Assembly (NCBI GenBank): GCA_039000985.1
Contig: JAWBMD010000001.1
Span: 42,538-106,537 of the forward strand
Origin: Candidatus Aenigmatarchaeota archaeon
Lineage (GTDB): Archaea > Aenigmatarchaeota > Aenigmatarchaeia > CG10238-14 > SpSt-28
Reading direction: 5' to 3'
DNA length: 64,000 nt
Shown: piece after piece, positions 20,543 through 31,281 of the stretch
How positions within the stretch are numbered: position 1 is the first letter of the stretch
How the letters are laid out: the number at the start of each line of letters is the position of its first letter
The notes under the pieces: generated by a model
Told to the model about the DNA's origin: nothing
What the model saw: only the letters and a program-made list of their open reading frames with translations
Database searches by the model: none
Translations under genes and position numbers: made by a program

Positions 20543-21512
20543 TTACTATATAGTTTTTAAATGTATTTTCATCTCTAGCTAATAAAACAACTCTGCTAGC
20601 ATTATCAGTAAGCTTTATTTCATAGTTGCTATAAAAAGAAATTTGCTTTCCAAATTCTATTAATTCTTCTAATGTAGGCATATTAGTATTTTTCAATCTT
20701 TTTCTTGATTCTCCAAGCCAGGCATATCCTTTTAGCTCTACAAACATTGGTTTAGACATTTTTATTAAATTCGAGAATCCTTTTGAGTTATGCATATTTA
20801 AATCTTTTACACATGTTATTCTAAATATAGTTCTACAATTTCTTTTTTCAAATTCTTTCATTAAATTTAAACTTTCTATTACTTTATCTAAAGGATTTTT
20901 TATAAATGAGTTTGTTATTTTAATATATTCTTCATTGTTTGTTGCATAAACACTAATATATAAATTGGTTGGTATAGCATCTTTTTCTAACAATTCTTTT
21001 AATCTATTTGGCATAGTTCCGTTCGTTACTAAAAATGCTGTACAATTTCTCCTTTTTATTTCTTTTATTAGTTCAGCTAAATGAGGATACAAAGTTGGTT
21101 CTCCATCCAGGCTTATTGCAAAATGTACAGGATTATTTGCTTCTTCAAAAGTTTTTTTAGAAGTTTTTGGATTACCACCAAATCCACTAATTAATTCTCT
21201 TTGAGCTTTTATTGCTTGCTCAACTATCAATTTAGCGTCATCCCATTTATTTTCGTGTTTAAATCTTTCTTCACTAAAACTTCTCCAGCAGAAACCACAA
21301 CTAAAATTGCAAAAATCTAATGTCGGGGTCATTTGTATACATCTATGGGAAGCTATTCCATACCATTTTTTATAACAATTTCTTCCACCTCTTAATGCAG
21401 ATTTTGTCCATCTACAAATAGAAACAGCGGAATGTAAATAATTTCCTATTAGTTTATAATGTGCCCTTTTATATTTGCTAATCCACTCTTCGCTAAATTT
21501 TTTTGTTCCCAT
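20526..21512 (-). CDS. taw1: 4-demethylwyosine synthase (radical SAM, TYW1/Taw1)
   Basis: HSAVSICRWTK, CYK..YGIASHRCIQMTP, CNFSCGFCWR, SLDGEPT. Confidence 0.93.
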   Translation of the reverse strand: MGTKKFSEEWISKYKRAHYKLIGNYLHSAVSICRWTKSALRGGRNCYKKWYGIASHRCIQMTPTLDFCNFSCGFCWRSFSEERFKHENKWDDAKLIVEQAIKAQRELISGFGGNPKTSKKTFEEANNPVHFAISLDGEPTLYPHLAELIKEIKRRNCTAFLVTNGTMPNRLKELLEKDAIPTNLYISVYATNNEEYIKITNSFIKNPLDKVIESLNLMKEFEKRNCRTIFRITCVKDLNMHNSKGFSNLIKMSKPMFVELKGYAWLGESRKRLKNTNMPTLEELIEFGKQISFYSNYEIKLTDNASRVVLLARDENTFKNYIVNASSN

Positions 21513-21541
21513 ATTAAAATATTAATATTAATAAATTATTT

Positions 21542-21970
21542 GTGGTTTTCATAAGGGATGTAATGAATAGAGTAGTATTCACATGTGAACCAAATTTAAC
21601 TGTCGAAAGAGCAGCATCTATAATGGTTGAAAAGGGGATAGGTAGTTTAATTGTTGTTGAAAATAATAAATTGATTGGTGTAGTAACAAATAGGGATATA
21701 ATGAAGGCAGTTGCTAGAGGAGAGGATTTATCAAGATTGGAGGTAAAAAATATAATGACAAAAAAAGTTATAACTATTTCCCCTTCAAATACTTTAGAAG
21801 AGGCTGTTGATTTAATGTTGAAATTTAAAATAAAAAGATTGCCAGTAATAGATGGAGATAAGTTAGTGGGTATTGTTACAGTTTCTGATATTATAGTAAT
21901 AGAGCCAAAAATAATTCAAAGCTTAGCTAGCTTACTATCAATTAAAATTTCAGGCTATAAAGCTGCTTGA
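21542..21970 (+). CDS. CBS-pair protein
   Basis: Two CBS repeats (IGSLIVV...GVVTNRD; IKRLPV...GIVTVSD). Confidence 0.92.
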   Translation: MVFIRDVMNRVVFTCEPNLTVERAASIMVEKGIGSLIVVENNKLIGVVTNRDIMKAVARGEDLSRLEVKNIMTKKVITISPSNTLEEAVDLMLKFKIKRLPVIDGDKLVGIVTVSDIIVIEPKIIQSLASLLSIKISGYKAA

Positions 21971-22398
21971 GATTTTTCAATAACTCTAACTAACTCAAAG
22001 CTAAGAGTTAAAGGTAAAATTGTTGGTACTTCTAGCAAGCTTATTACAACTTCTCTTTTTACTGGATCTATTTTTGTTACTTTTCCTTTCTCTCCTTTAA
22101 ATGGTCCACCTATTATTTCAACTATATCTCCAACATTAATTTCTACTTTTTCTTTTTTCACTTCCATGTATTTTTCCAAATCATTTATAGTTATGCTTTG
22201 TACAACACCTCTAGCTGGAGGAATTTCTTTTAGTATATCTAGTAATTGATCTAAATTTCCCTCTACAAAAACATATCCTTTTACTTCTCTAGTAAAGAAA
22301 ATAGATTTTATATCAAGGTTTCTAGATATTGCCATATTTTTTATATATTCTGAAACAACAAGCTCTCTTCCAATTGCAACTTTTAAAACGTGAAACAT
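21955..22398 (-). CDS. spt5: Transcription elongation factor Spt5
   Basis: NGN domain (GRE, KGYVFVE) plus KOW motif GDIVEIIGGPFKGEKGKV. Confidence 0.94.
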   Translation of the reverse strand: MFHVLKVAIGRELVVSEYIKNMAISRNLDIKSIFFTREVKGYVFVEGNLDQLLDILKEIPPARGVVQSITINDLEKYMEVKKEKVEINVGDIVEIIGGPFKGEKGKVTKIDPVKREVVISLLEVPTILPLTLSFELVRVIEKSQAAL

Positions 22399-22800
22399 TT
22401 ATTTACAACTTGTTTCTTTTTTTAATTGAGGGCATACTTTGCTAGAAATTGTTAATTTTGAAAAATTATCAACATCAGTATCAATTGTAAAACTTTTCTT
22501 TTCTCCAGGTTGTATATCACCTAGATTTTGTACAGAGCCAGTATAAGTAGCATTTTCTAGTTGTGCTGTTAAATTTGTTAAAGGATTATTCAAATAGTTA
22601 AATAGTTTTAAAGAAATTTTATTTCCAATTACTCGACAATCATCTATGCTAACATCTATTCCTTCACAAACATTTTTTTCTGTTGTTGGTAATTTTGCTT
22701 TAAAAAATCCTATGGCCCAAATAGCTAACAATGCTGAAGTTGCCATTGTTACACCTATTAACAAAACTGTTGCAACTAATGGAGATATTGCTTTTACCAT
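22399..22800 (-). CDS. Archaeal type IV pilin
   Basis: Class III signal peptide KA/ISPLVATVLLIGVT. Confidence 0.88.
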   Translation of the reverse strand: MVKAISPLVATVLLIGVTMATSALLAIWAIGFFKAKLPTTEKNVCEGIDVSIDDCRVIGNKISLKLFNYLNNPLTNLTAQLENATYTGSVQNLGDIQPGEKKSFTIDTDVDNFSKLTISSKVCPQLKKETSCK

Positions 22801-22809
22801 AATAATATT

Positions 22810-23052
22810 TTATCTTAAAGTTATAAGAATATAAGTAACGTAAAGCATAATTAAAACAATACCAGCTATTATTAGCACTAGTATAAAAACTAAAATTTTG
22901 TTTGACGATAAATTACTACAAATTTGTAAAGAAGGATTTTCTTTGCATTTAGTTGACAATTCTCCAAGTTTATCAAATATAAATAGCCATGTAATAAAAC
23001 TTATGAATATAATTATTAATCCAAGTAAAACTGGAATTTTTTTACTAACCAT
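22810..23052 (-). CDS. Small 2-TM membrane protein
   Basis: Two hydrophobic helices around a loop with two Cys. Confidence 0.6.
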   Translation of the reverse strand: MVSKKIPVLLGLIIIFISFITWLFIFDKLGELSTKCKENPSLQICSNLSSNKILVFILVLIIAGIVLIMLYVTYILITLR

Positions 23053-23080
23053 AAATTTAATTAACAGATATTTATAAAAT

Positions 23081-23425
23081 ATGGTGAATCCAAGAAATAA
23101 ACCAGAATTTAAAAGACATATGTATGAAGCTTATAAAAGAATAGGTGAAAGTTGGAGAAGACCAAGGGGCTTGCATAGTAAAGTTAGAATTGAAAAAAAG
23201 GGAAAAATTAGAAAGCCAAAAATAGGTTGGGGCGCACCTTCCGAATTAAGATATTTACATCCATCTGGCTATAAAGAAGTTTTGGTTAGAAATGTTAAAG
23301 ATTTAGAAAAAGTTAATAAAGAAAAAGAAGCTATAAGAATAGCATCAACTGTAGGTAAGAAAAAAAGAAAAGAAATAATAGAAGCAGCTAAAAAAATGGG
23401 AATATGGGTTTTAAACTATGGCTAA
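23081..23425 (+). CDS. rpl32e: 50S ribosomal protein eL32
   Basis: KPEFKR, WRRPRGLHSKVR, LHPSG, IASTVGKKKR. Confidence 0.96.
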   Translation: MVNPRNKPEFKRHMYEAYKRIGESWRRPRGLHSKVRIEKKGKIRKPKIGWGAPSELRYLHPSGYKEVLVRNVKDLEKVNKEKEAIRIASTVGKKKRKEIIEAAKKMGIWVLNYG

Positions 23426-23588
23426 GAAATTTTCTCCAGAAGCAATGAATAGGCTTTTCAGAAATGTTTTTGTTTGTAGAAGTTGTAAAAGCAAAATAAG
23501 AACAGATCCGATAAAAGTTCAGCAAAAAAAGGTTTCTTGTAGGAAATGTGGTTCCAAAGATTTAAGACCAAAAAGAATTCCCAAATAG
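23418..23588 (+). CDS. rpl40e: 50S ribosomal protein eL40 (56 aa, absent from the ORF track)
   Basis: Manual translation MAKKFSPEAMNRLFRNVFVCRSCKSKIRTDPIKVQQKKVSCRKCGSKDLRPKRIPK: CxxC...CRKCG...LRPK signature. Confidence 0.9.
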   Translation: MAKKFSPEAMNRLFRNVFVCRSCKSKIRTDPIKVQQKKVSCRKCGSKDLRPKRIPK

Positions 23589-23619
23589 TTTTAATTTTCT
23601 TAAACTATATTAATAAATT

Positions 23620-26517
23620 ATGGCAGAAATTAGAAAACCTAATTTTATAAGAATAAGTGATGTAGTTTGGGAAATACCAACTACTTATAAAAGTGGAATG
23701 AGAGTTCCTGTTAGAATTTATGCAAAAGAAAGTCTTTTAAATTCAATGGATCTGGAAGTTTTTGATCAAGCAAGTAATGCAGCAATGCTTCCAGGTTTAA
23801 TAAAATATTCATATGTTTTTAGTGATGGTCATTCTGGTTATGGTGTACCAGTTGGTTGGTGTGGCGCTTTTGATTTAAAGGAAGGAATAATTTCTCCAGG
23901 AGCTATAGGTTTTGACATTAATTGCGTTGCTGGAAACACTAAAATCATTTCGGAATTTGGATATTTCAAAAATATTTCTGATTTTGAAAGAAAGTTAGAT
24001 GAAAAATTAGTATGTATGGATATAAATAAAAAGATTGAAGATAAAGCTGAGCCAATTCTTTTTTTAAAGCAAAAACCAAAAGAAAAAGTTATAAAAATAA
24101 AGACAAAGGCTGGTTATGAGTTAATAGCTACTGTTGATCATCCAATTTTTACTCCTAATAATATGATAAAGGCAGGTGAACTAAAAGAAGGAGATTATGT
24201 TGCTATTTATCCTTTTGAAGGTGTTAAATACGAAGAGCCATCAGATGAAATTATTTTGGATGAAGAAAGTATAATTAAAGCAATTGGTATGAGAAAAAGA
24301 ATTATTAAAGAATTAAAAGATAGAAAGCTCTTACCATTACGATATAATTCACCCCAATTACCAATTTTAGCGAGATTAGTCGGGTTTATTACAGGAGACG
24401 GATGGATAGGAGAGGTAAATGGAAGATGGTCCACAAGGATAATTGGAAATGTTGAAACATTAGAAAAAATAGCTGAAGATATAAAGAGATTAGGATTTTC
24501 TTTAAAAAGTAAAATAGTTACTAAAAAAGGAATAAGAGAAATAAAAGGTACAACTACCCAACTTCCAATAGCTTCACAAAGTTTTACAGTTCTTCTTTAT
24601 ATGCTTGGTGTCCCGAAAGGTAACAAATCCTTTACAGAATTTGAAGTTCCTGAGTGGATTAAGAAAGCTCCTTTATGGATTAAAAGATTGTATCTAGCTG
24701 GACTTTTTGGAGCAGAAATGAGTAAGCCCAAATCAAGAAATAAAGAAAAATATGGATTTGTTGAACCATCATTTAGTCTAAATAAATCTGAAAAATTATT
24801 GCAGAATGCTTACAAATTTATTAATCAAATAAAAGAAATGCTTTCTGAATTTGGTGTTAATTGTAATAAAATTTACATTTATGATGCAGCAATTACAAAA
24901 TCTGGAGAGAAAACATTAAAAATCATTTTGAAAATTTCTTCTAAAGATGAAAATTTGATAAAGTTGTGGTCAAAAATAGGATGCGAATATGATATAGATA
25001 AAAAATCTATGATGGCAACAGCTTTACATTACTTAAGATTAAAAAGGAGATTTATAAAAAGTTTAATTTCTAAGTATAAAGAAATAATAATTTCCGGTGG
25101 AACAAAAGAAGATGATATAAAAGCATTAGGAAATGCTTTAATTTGTATAAAAGAAGCAAGAGTATCTATAGGCTTTCCAACATTTGAAACATTTCTTGAA
25201 AATTATGTCATAAATTCAACTTTTGTTTGGGACGAAATTGAAAAAATTACAGAAATTAATGATTTTTCTGACTATGTATATGATTTTACAATGAACTCAG
25301 AAAATCATAATTTTATAGCTAATAATTTTGTTGTTTCTAATTGCGGCATGCGTTTGATAAAGACCAATTTAACTCTAGAAGAAATAAAACCAAAAATTAA
25401 AGAATTAGTTGATTTGCTTTTTAAAATGGTTCCAGCTGGAGTTGGAGCAACAGCTTATCAAGAACCTAAAGAAATAGCTAAGATACCAGAAGGAACATTT
25501 AGAGAAATAGTTGAAACTGGAGTTAGATGGACATTGGAGCATGGATATGCTTGGAAAGAAGATATAGAAAGAATAGAAGAATATGGTTGTGTTAAAACAG
25601 CAGATTTTTCTAAAGTTAGTAGAACAGCTTATGAAAGAGGAAAAAGCCAAATAGGTACTTTAGGTTCTGGTAATCATTATCTTGAAATCGAAGTTATAGA
25701 TAGAGTTTTTAATAAGGAAATAGCAAATGCATGGGGTTTAAATATTGTTCCAAATCAAATTTGCATATTAGTGCATTGTGGTTCTAGGGGATTTGGTCAT
25801 CAAATTTGTACTGATTATCTTTTAAGCTTTGAAAGAGCAATGAGAAAATATGGTATAAAAGTTCCAGATAGACAATTAGCCTGTGCTCCTTTTGATTCTG
25901 AAGAAGGACAAAATTATTTAAAAGCAATGTCTTGTGCTATAAATTTTGCTTTTGTTAATAGACAATTAATAGTTTACCAAATAAGAAAAGCATTTGAAAA
26001 AGTTTTTAATAAAAGTGCTGAAGAATTAGGATTGGAAATAATTTATGATGTTGCACACAATACTGCTAAAATAGAGGAGCATTCAGTTAATGGAGAAAAG
26101 AAAAAAGTTATTGTTCATAGAAAAGGAGCAACTAGATCTTTTGGACCAGATAATCCAGAATTATCTTCATTATTTAGAAAATACGGCCAACCAGTTATTG
26201 TTGGTGGTAGCATGGAAACTGGTTCCTTTTTATGTATAGGTACTAAAAAAGCTGAAGAGGAAACTTTTGGTACAACTTTACATGGTAGTGGAAGAACAAT
26301 GAGCAGAACAAAAGCTAAAAAAATGGTTAGGGGTGAAGAGTTGCAAAGAAAAATGATTGAAAGAGGAATTTATATTAAAGCTACAACAATGTCTGGATTA
26401 GCGGAGGAAGCAGGATTTGCTTATAAAAATATAGATGAGGTGGTTGATTCAATGCATTTAGCTGGAATAAGTTTAAAGGTGGTTAGATTTAAACCAATAG
26501 CAAACATTAAAGGTTAG
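23620..26517 (+). CDS. rtcB: RNA-splicing ligase RtcB, intein-containing
   Basis: DGHSGYG, GFDIN|CG, GTLGSGNHY, HCGSRG, HN, HRKGATR, HGSGR, EEA..AYK. Confidence 0.97.
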   Translation: MAEIRKPNFIRISDVVWEIPTTYKSGMRVPVRIYAKESLLNSMDLEVFDQASNAAMLPGLIKYSYVFSDGHSGYGVPVGWCGAFDLKEGIISPGAIGFDINCVAGNTKIISEFGYFKNISDFERKLDEKLVCMDINKKIEDKAEPILFLKQKPKEKVIKIKTKAGYELIATVDHPIFTPNNMIKAGELKEGDYVAIYPFEGVKYEEPSDEIILDEESIIKAIGMRKRIIKELKDRKLLPLRYNSPQLPILARLVGFITGDGWIGEVNGRWSTRIIGNVETLEKIAEDIKRLGFSLKSKIVTKKGIREIKGTTTQLPIASQSFTVLLYMLGVPKGNKSFTEFEVPEWIKKAPLWIKRLYLAGLFGAEMSKPKSRNKEKYGFVEPSFSLNKSEKLLQNAYKFINQIKEMLSEFGVNCNKIYIYDAAITKSGEKTLKIILKISSKDENLIKLWSKIGCEYDIDKKSMMATALHYLRLKRRFIKSLISKYKEIIISGGTKEDDIKALGNALICIKEARVSIGFPTFETFLENYVINSTFVWDEIEKITEINDFSDYVYDFTMNSENHNFIANNFVVSNCGMRLIKTNLTLEEIKPKIKELVDLLFKMVPAGVGATAYQEPKEIAKIPEGTFREIVETGVRWTLEHGYAWKEDIERIEEYGCVKTADFSKVSRTAYERGKSQIGTLGSGNHYLEIEVIDRVFNKEIANAWGLNIVPNQICILVHCGSRGFGHQICTDYLLSFERAMRKYGIKVPDRQLACAPFDSEEGQNYLKAMSCAINFAFVNRQLIVYQIRKAFEKVFNKSAEELGLEIIYDVAHNTAKIEEHSVNGEKKKVIVHRKGATRSFGPDNPELSSLFRKYGQPVIVGGSMETGSFLCIGTKKAEEETFGTTLHGSGRTMSRTKAKKMVRGEELQRKMIERGIYIKATTMSGLAEEAGFAYKNIDEVVDSMHLAGISLKVVRFKPIANIKG
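23923..25341 (+). mobile_element. Intein (473 aa) with LAGLIDADG homing endonuclease
   Basis: Starts CVAGNTKI, block B ATVDHPIF, LVGFITGDG and YLAGLFGAE motifs, ends VYDFTM...HNFIANNFVVSN before the +1 Cys. Confidence 0.95.
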
Positions 26518-26943
26518 ATGTATAAATTTTTGGAAGATGTTTCCATAGCGGAAATTGCTTTCGAGGTTAGAGAAAAATCTTTAGAAAATTTGTTTAGAGA
26601 TGCTGCATTAGCATTAACAAATGTTCAAGTTAGAAATTTAGAAAATATAGAGAAAAAAGAAAAAAGGGAAATAATTGTTGAAGAAGAAAATATAGAAAAT
26701 CTTCTTTTTAGTTTTTTACAAGAGCTTGTTATATTGAAAGATTCTGATAGGCTTTTGTTTAATGAATATCAAATTAGAATAGAAAAAAATGATAAGTTTA
26801 AGTTAGTTGCTGTTGCTTTTGGAGAGGAAATAAATCATGAAAAGCACGATTTGATTGCCGATGTTAAGGGAATTAGTTTGCATAAATTTGAAGTTAAAAA
26901 AGAAAATAATGAATGGGTTGCTAGGGTTGTTGTTGATATATGA
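26518..26943 (+). CDS. Archease (RtcB activator)
   Basis: YKFLE...AEIAF, LF..AA.AL, DVKGISLH, VVDI terminus; abuts rtcB. Confidence 0.92.
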   Translation: MYKFLEDVSIAEIAFEVREKSLENLFRDAALALTNVQVRNLENIEKKEKREIIVEEENIENLLFSFLQELVILKDSDRLLFNEYQIRIEKNDKFKLVAVAFGEEINHEKHDLIADVKGISLHKFEVKKENNEWVARVVVDI

Positions 26944-27143
26944 GCAATGATAGATATACAATTTATTCAAACTTTTACTTTTAATGAGCAGATATAAAAT
27001 TGAATAGAAAGAACTTTATAAAAATTTTTAGTTGATAGAATGTTTCACGATAAAACTTTTCTAATAAATAAATTTATCAAGGTTATATAGAATTTTTATG
27101 AAGATTGAAAAAATAATAATGTGTGAAACAGTTCTTCGTTTGT

Positions 27144-28658
27144 ATGAAAGTTGTTGATAAGATTGTTACCTTAGCAAAACGAAGAGGTTTCTTCTGGCCT
27201 GCTGCAGAGATTTATTCTCCTATAGCTGGGTTCTGGAATTATGGTCCTTTAGGGGTTGCAATAAAAAATAAATTAATTGAATTGTGGAGAAAATGGTTTG
27301 TCAGAGATGAAGGTGCATATGAAATTGAAACTACTGATATACTTCCTGAAATTGTTTGGATTGCAAGTGGGCATATTCCAAGCTTTGTTGATAAACAAAC
27401 TGAGTGTACAAAATGTCATAATCGATTTAGAGCGGATAATCTAATTGAAGAGAAACTCAAAGTTAAAGAAAAATTAGAAGGAGTAAGTTGCGAGGAATTG
27501 ACCGAATTGATAAGAAAGAATAAAATTGTTTGTCCAAGATGTGGGGGTGAACTTTCCGAGGTAAAACTTTTTAATTTAATGTTTAGTGTTAATGTAGGAG
27601 CTGCTGGAGAAGTTAAGTGTTATCTTAAACCAGAAACAACACAATCATCAGTTCTAGATTTCTTAAATGTATATAGAAGCCAAAGAGGTAAATTACCATT
27701 AAAGATTGCTCAGATAGGTAAGTCTTTTAGGAATGAAATTTCTCCAAGACAAGTTTTTATTAGAATGAGAGAGTTTTCGATGGCCGAGCTTCAAATATTC
27801 TTTAATCCTGAAAACACAAATCATCCAGCATATGAAAAGATAAAAGATTTTAGATTAAGAATTTTACCAGTTGAACTAAGAGGGAAAAATATTGATAAAG
27901 AAGTTGAAATTAAAGTAGATGAAGCATTGAAGAAAAACTGGATTCCAAATCAGTTAATTGCTTATTACCTTGTAAAAGTTTTTAGATTTTTTGAGGAAGC
28001 ATTATGTTTCGATCGAAAATTTTTGAGGTTTAAAGAACTATTTCCAGAAGAAAAAGCACATTATTCGAAGGTTCATTGGGATTTTGAAATTTATACAGAA
28101 GATTTTGGTTGGCAAGAGGTTGTAAATAATTCATGGAGATCTGATTATGATCTTTCTCGTCATCAACAATATTCTAAACATGATTTAACTGTTTTTGAAA
28201 ATGGTAAACATATTCTTCCTGAAATGTATGAACCAAGTTTTGGTCTTGATAGAATAATTTTCCATTTACTTATTCATGCTTTCAAAGAAGAAAAAGAAAG
28301 AAAATTGTTATCATTACCACGTCACTTAGCGCCATATGATGTAGCTGTTTTTCCTCTAGTAAATAAAGATGGTCTTACTGAAAAGGCTTTAGAAGTTGTA
28401 AAAAAATTAGAAAAAAATAATTTTAGTATCTTTTTTGATAAAGAAGATTCTATAGGTAGAAGATATAGAAGAGTTGATGAAATAGGAATCAGCGCTTCAG
28501 TAACAATAGATTATCAAACACTTGAAGATTCAACAGTTACATTACGTGATAGGGATACTATGAAACAAGTCAGAGTTAAAATAAGGGTATTACCACAAAA
28601 GTTAAAGAAATTTTTAGCTGGAGAAGAATTAAAAAATTTGGGAGAAATAGTAAGATGA
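27144..28658 (+). CDS. glyS: Glycine--tRNA ligase (homodimeric archaeal/eukaryotic type)
   Basis: AKRRGF, YGPLG, FNLMF, LKPETTQ, FRNEISPRQ..IRMREF, EPSFGLDR, IGRRYRR.DEIG; ATG at 27144 preferred over GTG at 27123. Confidence 0.95.
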   Translation: MKVVDKIVTLAKRRGFFWPAAEIYSPIAGFWNYGPLGVAIKNKLIELWRKWFVRDEGAYEIETTDILPEIVWIASGHIPSFVDKQTECTKCHNRFRADNLIEEKLKVKEKLEGVSCEELTELIRKNKIVCPRCGGELSEVKLFNLMFSVNVGAAGEVKCYLKPETTQSSVLDFLNVYRSQRGKLPLKIAQIGKSFRNEISPRQVFIRMREFSMAELQIFFNPENTNHPAYEKIKDFRLRILPVELRGKNIDKEVEIKVDEALKKNWIPNQLIAYYLVKVFRFFEEALCFDRKFLRFKELFPEEKAHYSKVHWDFEIYTEDFGWQEVVNNSWRSDYDLSRHQQYSKHDLTVFENGKHILPEMYEPSFGLDRIIFHLLIHAFKEEKERKLLSLPRHLAPYDVAVFPLVNKDGLTEKALEVVKKLEKNNFSIFFDKEDSIGRRYRRVDEIGISASVTIDYQTLEDSTVTLRDRDTMKQVRVKIRVLPQKLKKFLAGEELKNLGEIVR

Positions 28659-28698
28659 ATTAACCTTTACTTTTAAAACTATCAAGAAAGAGTTTTTA

Positions 28699-29283
28699 TT
28701 AACAAGTATAATTACCCCTTTCTTCCAAAAGCTTTTTTGATATATAAACTGTTTGGTTATATCTTAAAGCAATTGCCATTATATCGCTTGGTCTAGCATC
28801 TAATATAACATAGCTTTCATTATTTAGACTTAAAACAAGCAATCCTAAATAATTTTGGCCAGATATACCAATTATTTTTCCAACAACATAATTTATTCCA
28901 AATGAATCAAAAATATCTTTCATTAAATCATGTGTTGTTGGTCTTATTCTTTTTGTTTGGTTTAATGCAATTCTTATAGAATTAGCTTGTACTTGATCTA
29001 TAAAACCTTCTAAAACATAGCATTTTGTTTTTAAATGAACAGCTGTGCTATCTCTTCTATCGATTAAAGTAAAATTAATAACCTTTTCATATTCATCCAA
29101 AGATAAGGCTTCCTTAATTTTTTCGTTTGTTACGTTTAAAGGTATAAAAAATGGTTTTTCTTCCTCGGTTTTTAAACTAAAATATTTGGAATAAATATAA
29201 TAAGTAGTAATTAAAAGTATTGGTACAACTATTATCGAGTAAATTATTAGTGGTAAATTACTTTCTTTTTTTACTTTTTTCAT
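28699..29283 (-). CDS. Bifunctional nuclease (DUF151) domain protein with N-terminal TM anchor
   Basis: QANSI, RPTTHDL, DARPSD.MAIALR. Confidence 0.85.
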   Translation of the reverse strand: MKKVKKESNLPLIIYSIIVVPILLITTYYIYSKYFSLKTEEEKPFFIPLNVTNEKIKEALSLDEYEKVINFTLIDRRDSTAVHLKTKCYVLEGFIDQVQANSIRIALNQTKRIRPTTHDLMKDIFDSFGINYVVGKIIGISGQNYLGLLVLSLNNESYVILDARPSDIMAIALRYNQTVYISKKLLEERGNYTC

Positions 29284-30526
29284 AAATACTATATTTTTCT
29301 ACCAAAAATAAATTATCTCTTTTTTCAATTATTACAACTTTTTCATTCTTTTTAATTTTCCTTTTTCCCATTGCTTCCCATAGTTCACCTTCAACTTTTA
29401 TGTAACCTTCTTTATTTTCACTTAAATTATCCAAAGCTATTCCAATTTTTCCTATCATTTTTTGAAATGGCTCTCTTCTTTTAGTTTTTATTATTGAAGC
29501 AGTTATCAAAATGAAAAAAATTGATGAAATTGAAGAAATTACTACTAATGCTATTAAATTTTCTATTTTTGAAAAGTTTAGTGGAGAAGATAAAATAACT
29601 CCCAAGCTTACAAGTATTATTCCAACAATGCAAAAAGCACCAAATGAAACAGTGAAAAATATTTCGTAAAGTATTAAAGCTATTCCAATTATTATTAAAA
29701 TAATTGATATGGAATTTATTTCAAATCCAAATCCAATTAAACTTAAAATTATTAAAATTCCTCCAATTATTTCAGCAAAGTATCCAGGATTTGTTAAACC
29801 AAATATTAAAGCATAAATTCCAATTATTAAAAGTATAGAAGATATTAAAGGTTGTGAAAATTTTTCTAATAAATCAAATTTTATACCACCAAATTCTTCA
29901 ATTTTATAATTTTTTGTGTCAATGAGTTTATTACCTATAGTTTTTCCATCTATTTTATTTAGTAATTCTTCCAAGCTATTCGCTATTAAATCTATAGCAT
30001 TTAATTTTAATGCTTCTTCTGCATTTAAATTTAAATTTTCCAAAACAAAAAGTTTTACCAAGCTGTAATTTCTATTATACATTTTCATCCTTTCCTCTAA
30101 AAGAGAAACTATCGCATTTATTATTTTCGATTCATTTATGCCTTTTATTCCCTCTTCACTTATTATTATTGGTTGAGCAGAACCAACTAATGAATGATTT
30201 GACATAATTGCTAAGTGAGAAGATAGTAAAACGAATGTTCCGGCAGACCAAGCTACAGCTCCTTTTGGATAAACAAAGCTTATAACAGGAATTTCACTTC
30301 TATCTATCATTTTTATTATTTCAAACGTTGCTTCAAAATTTCCCCCAGGAGTATCGATTAAAATTATAAGTGCATCAAAATTTTTATTTTTAGCTTTTTC
30401 TAAAGCATTTTTTACATATTCTTTTGTTGAAAATGATATTTCCTTATCAATTTTAATAACTAAAAAATTTGATGAAAATGAATATGAAATAAAGATTAAA
30501 AAAATTAAAAAAGTTAATTTTTTCAT
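29258..30526 (-). CDS. nfeD: NfeD membrane-bound serine protease
   Basis: IDTPGG, AWSAG, GSAQP, TM region, C-terminal OB domain [12 protein letters not shown]. Confidence 0.93.
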   Translation of the reverse strand: MKKLTFLIFLIFISYSFSSNFLVIKIDKEISFSTKEYVKNALEKAKNKNFDALIILIDTPGGNFEATFEIIKMIDRSEIPVISFVYPKGAVAWSAGTFVLLSSHLAIMSNHSLVGSAQPIIISEEGIKGINESKIINAIVSLLEERMKMYNRNYSLVKLFVLENLNLNAEEALKLNAIDLIANSLEELLNKIDGKTIGNKLIDTKNYKIEEFGGIKFDLLEKFSQPLISSILLIIGIYALIFGLTNPGYFAEIIGGILIILSLIGFGFEINSISIILIIIGIALILYEIFFTVSFGAFCIVGIILVSLGVILSSPLNFSKIENLIALVVISSISSIFFILITASIIKTKRREPFQKMIGKIGIALDNLSENKEGYIKVEGELWEAMGKRKIKKNEKVVIIEKRDNLFLVEKYSIYEKSKKRK

Positions 30527-31281
30527 TCTTTTTGCTTAGCTAATTTTTTTGTTAATCCAGCAACTAATCCAAGTTCACTAGCTACTATCAAATTTTTTTC
30601 TCTAGCTATTTCTGACAAAGTTTGCAGTTCTCTTAATCTTAAAGCAGTTGGTACTTTTTCATATAGTTTTGCTGCTTCAACCATTTTTTTAGATGCTTGA
30701 TATTCCCCTTCTGCAATTATTATTCTTGCTCTTCTTTCCCTTTCAGCTTCAGCTTGTTTTGCCATAGCTCTTAACATTTCCTCTGGCAAGATAACATCTC
30801 TTATTGTTACTGCCGTAACTTTTACTCCCCATCCATCTGTTACTTCATCTATTATTTTTTGCAGTTTTTTGTTTAGTTCTTCTCTATTTTGTAATAAGTA
30901 ATCTAGCTCGACTTGACCCAAAACATCCCTTAAAGTAGTTTGAGCTATGAAGCTTGTAGCTAAAGAATAGTTTTCAACATTTATTACAGCCTTTGAGGGA
31001 TTTTCAACTTTATAATAAACTATGGCATCAACATCTATTGTTATGTTATCTTTTGTTACTACTCTTTGTTTTGGTACATCTGCTACTGTTACTCTCAAAT
31101 CAACTTTTACCATAGAATCTATTATTGGAATTATTACAAATATTCCCGGTCCTTTTATACCAGCATATCTTCCTAATCTAAATATAACTCCTCTTTCATA
31201 TTCTCTTGTTATTTTTATTGCTGATGCCAATATCGGTAGCACTACAAAGATTATTATTGCTACTATCAAAAGCAGAGCCAT
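30523..31281 (-). CDS. SPFH/stomatin (slipin) family protein
   Basis: [44 protein letters not shown]. Confidence 0.96.
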   Translation of the reverse strand: MALLLIVAIIIFVVLPILASAIKITREYERGVIFRLGRYAGIKGPGIFVIIPIIDSMVKVDLRVTVADVPKQRVVTKDNITIDVDAIVYYKVENPSKAVINVENYSLATSFIAQTTLRDVLGQVELDYLLQNREELNKKLQKIIDEVTDGWGVKVTAVTIRDVILPEEMLRAMAKQAEAERERRARIIIAEGEYQASKKMVEAAKLYEKVPTALRLRELQTLSEIAREKNLIVASELGLVAGLTKKLAKQKE

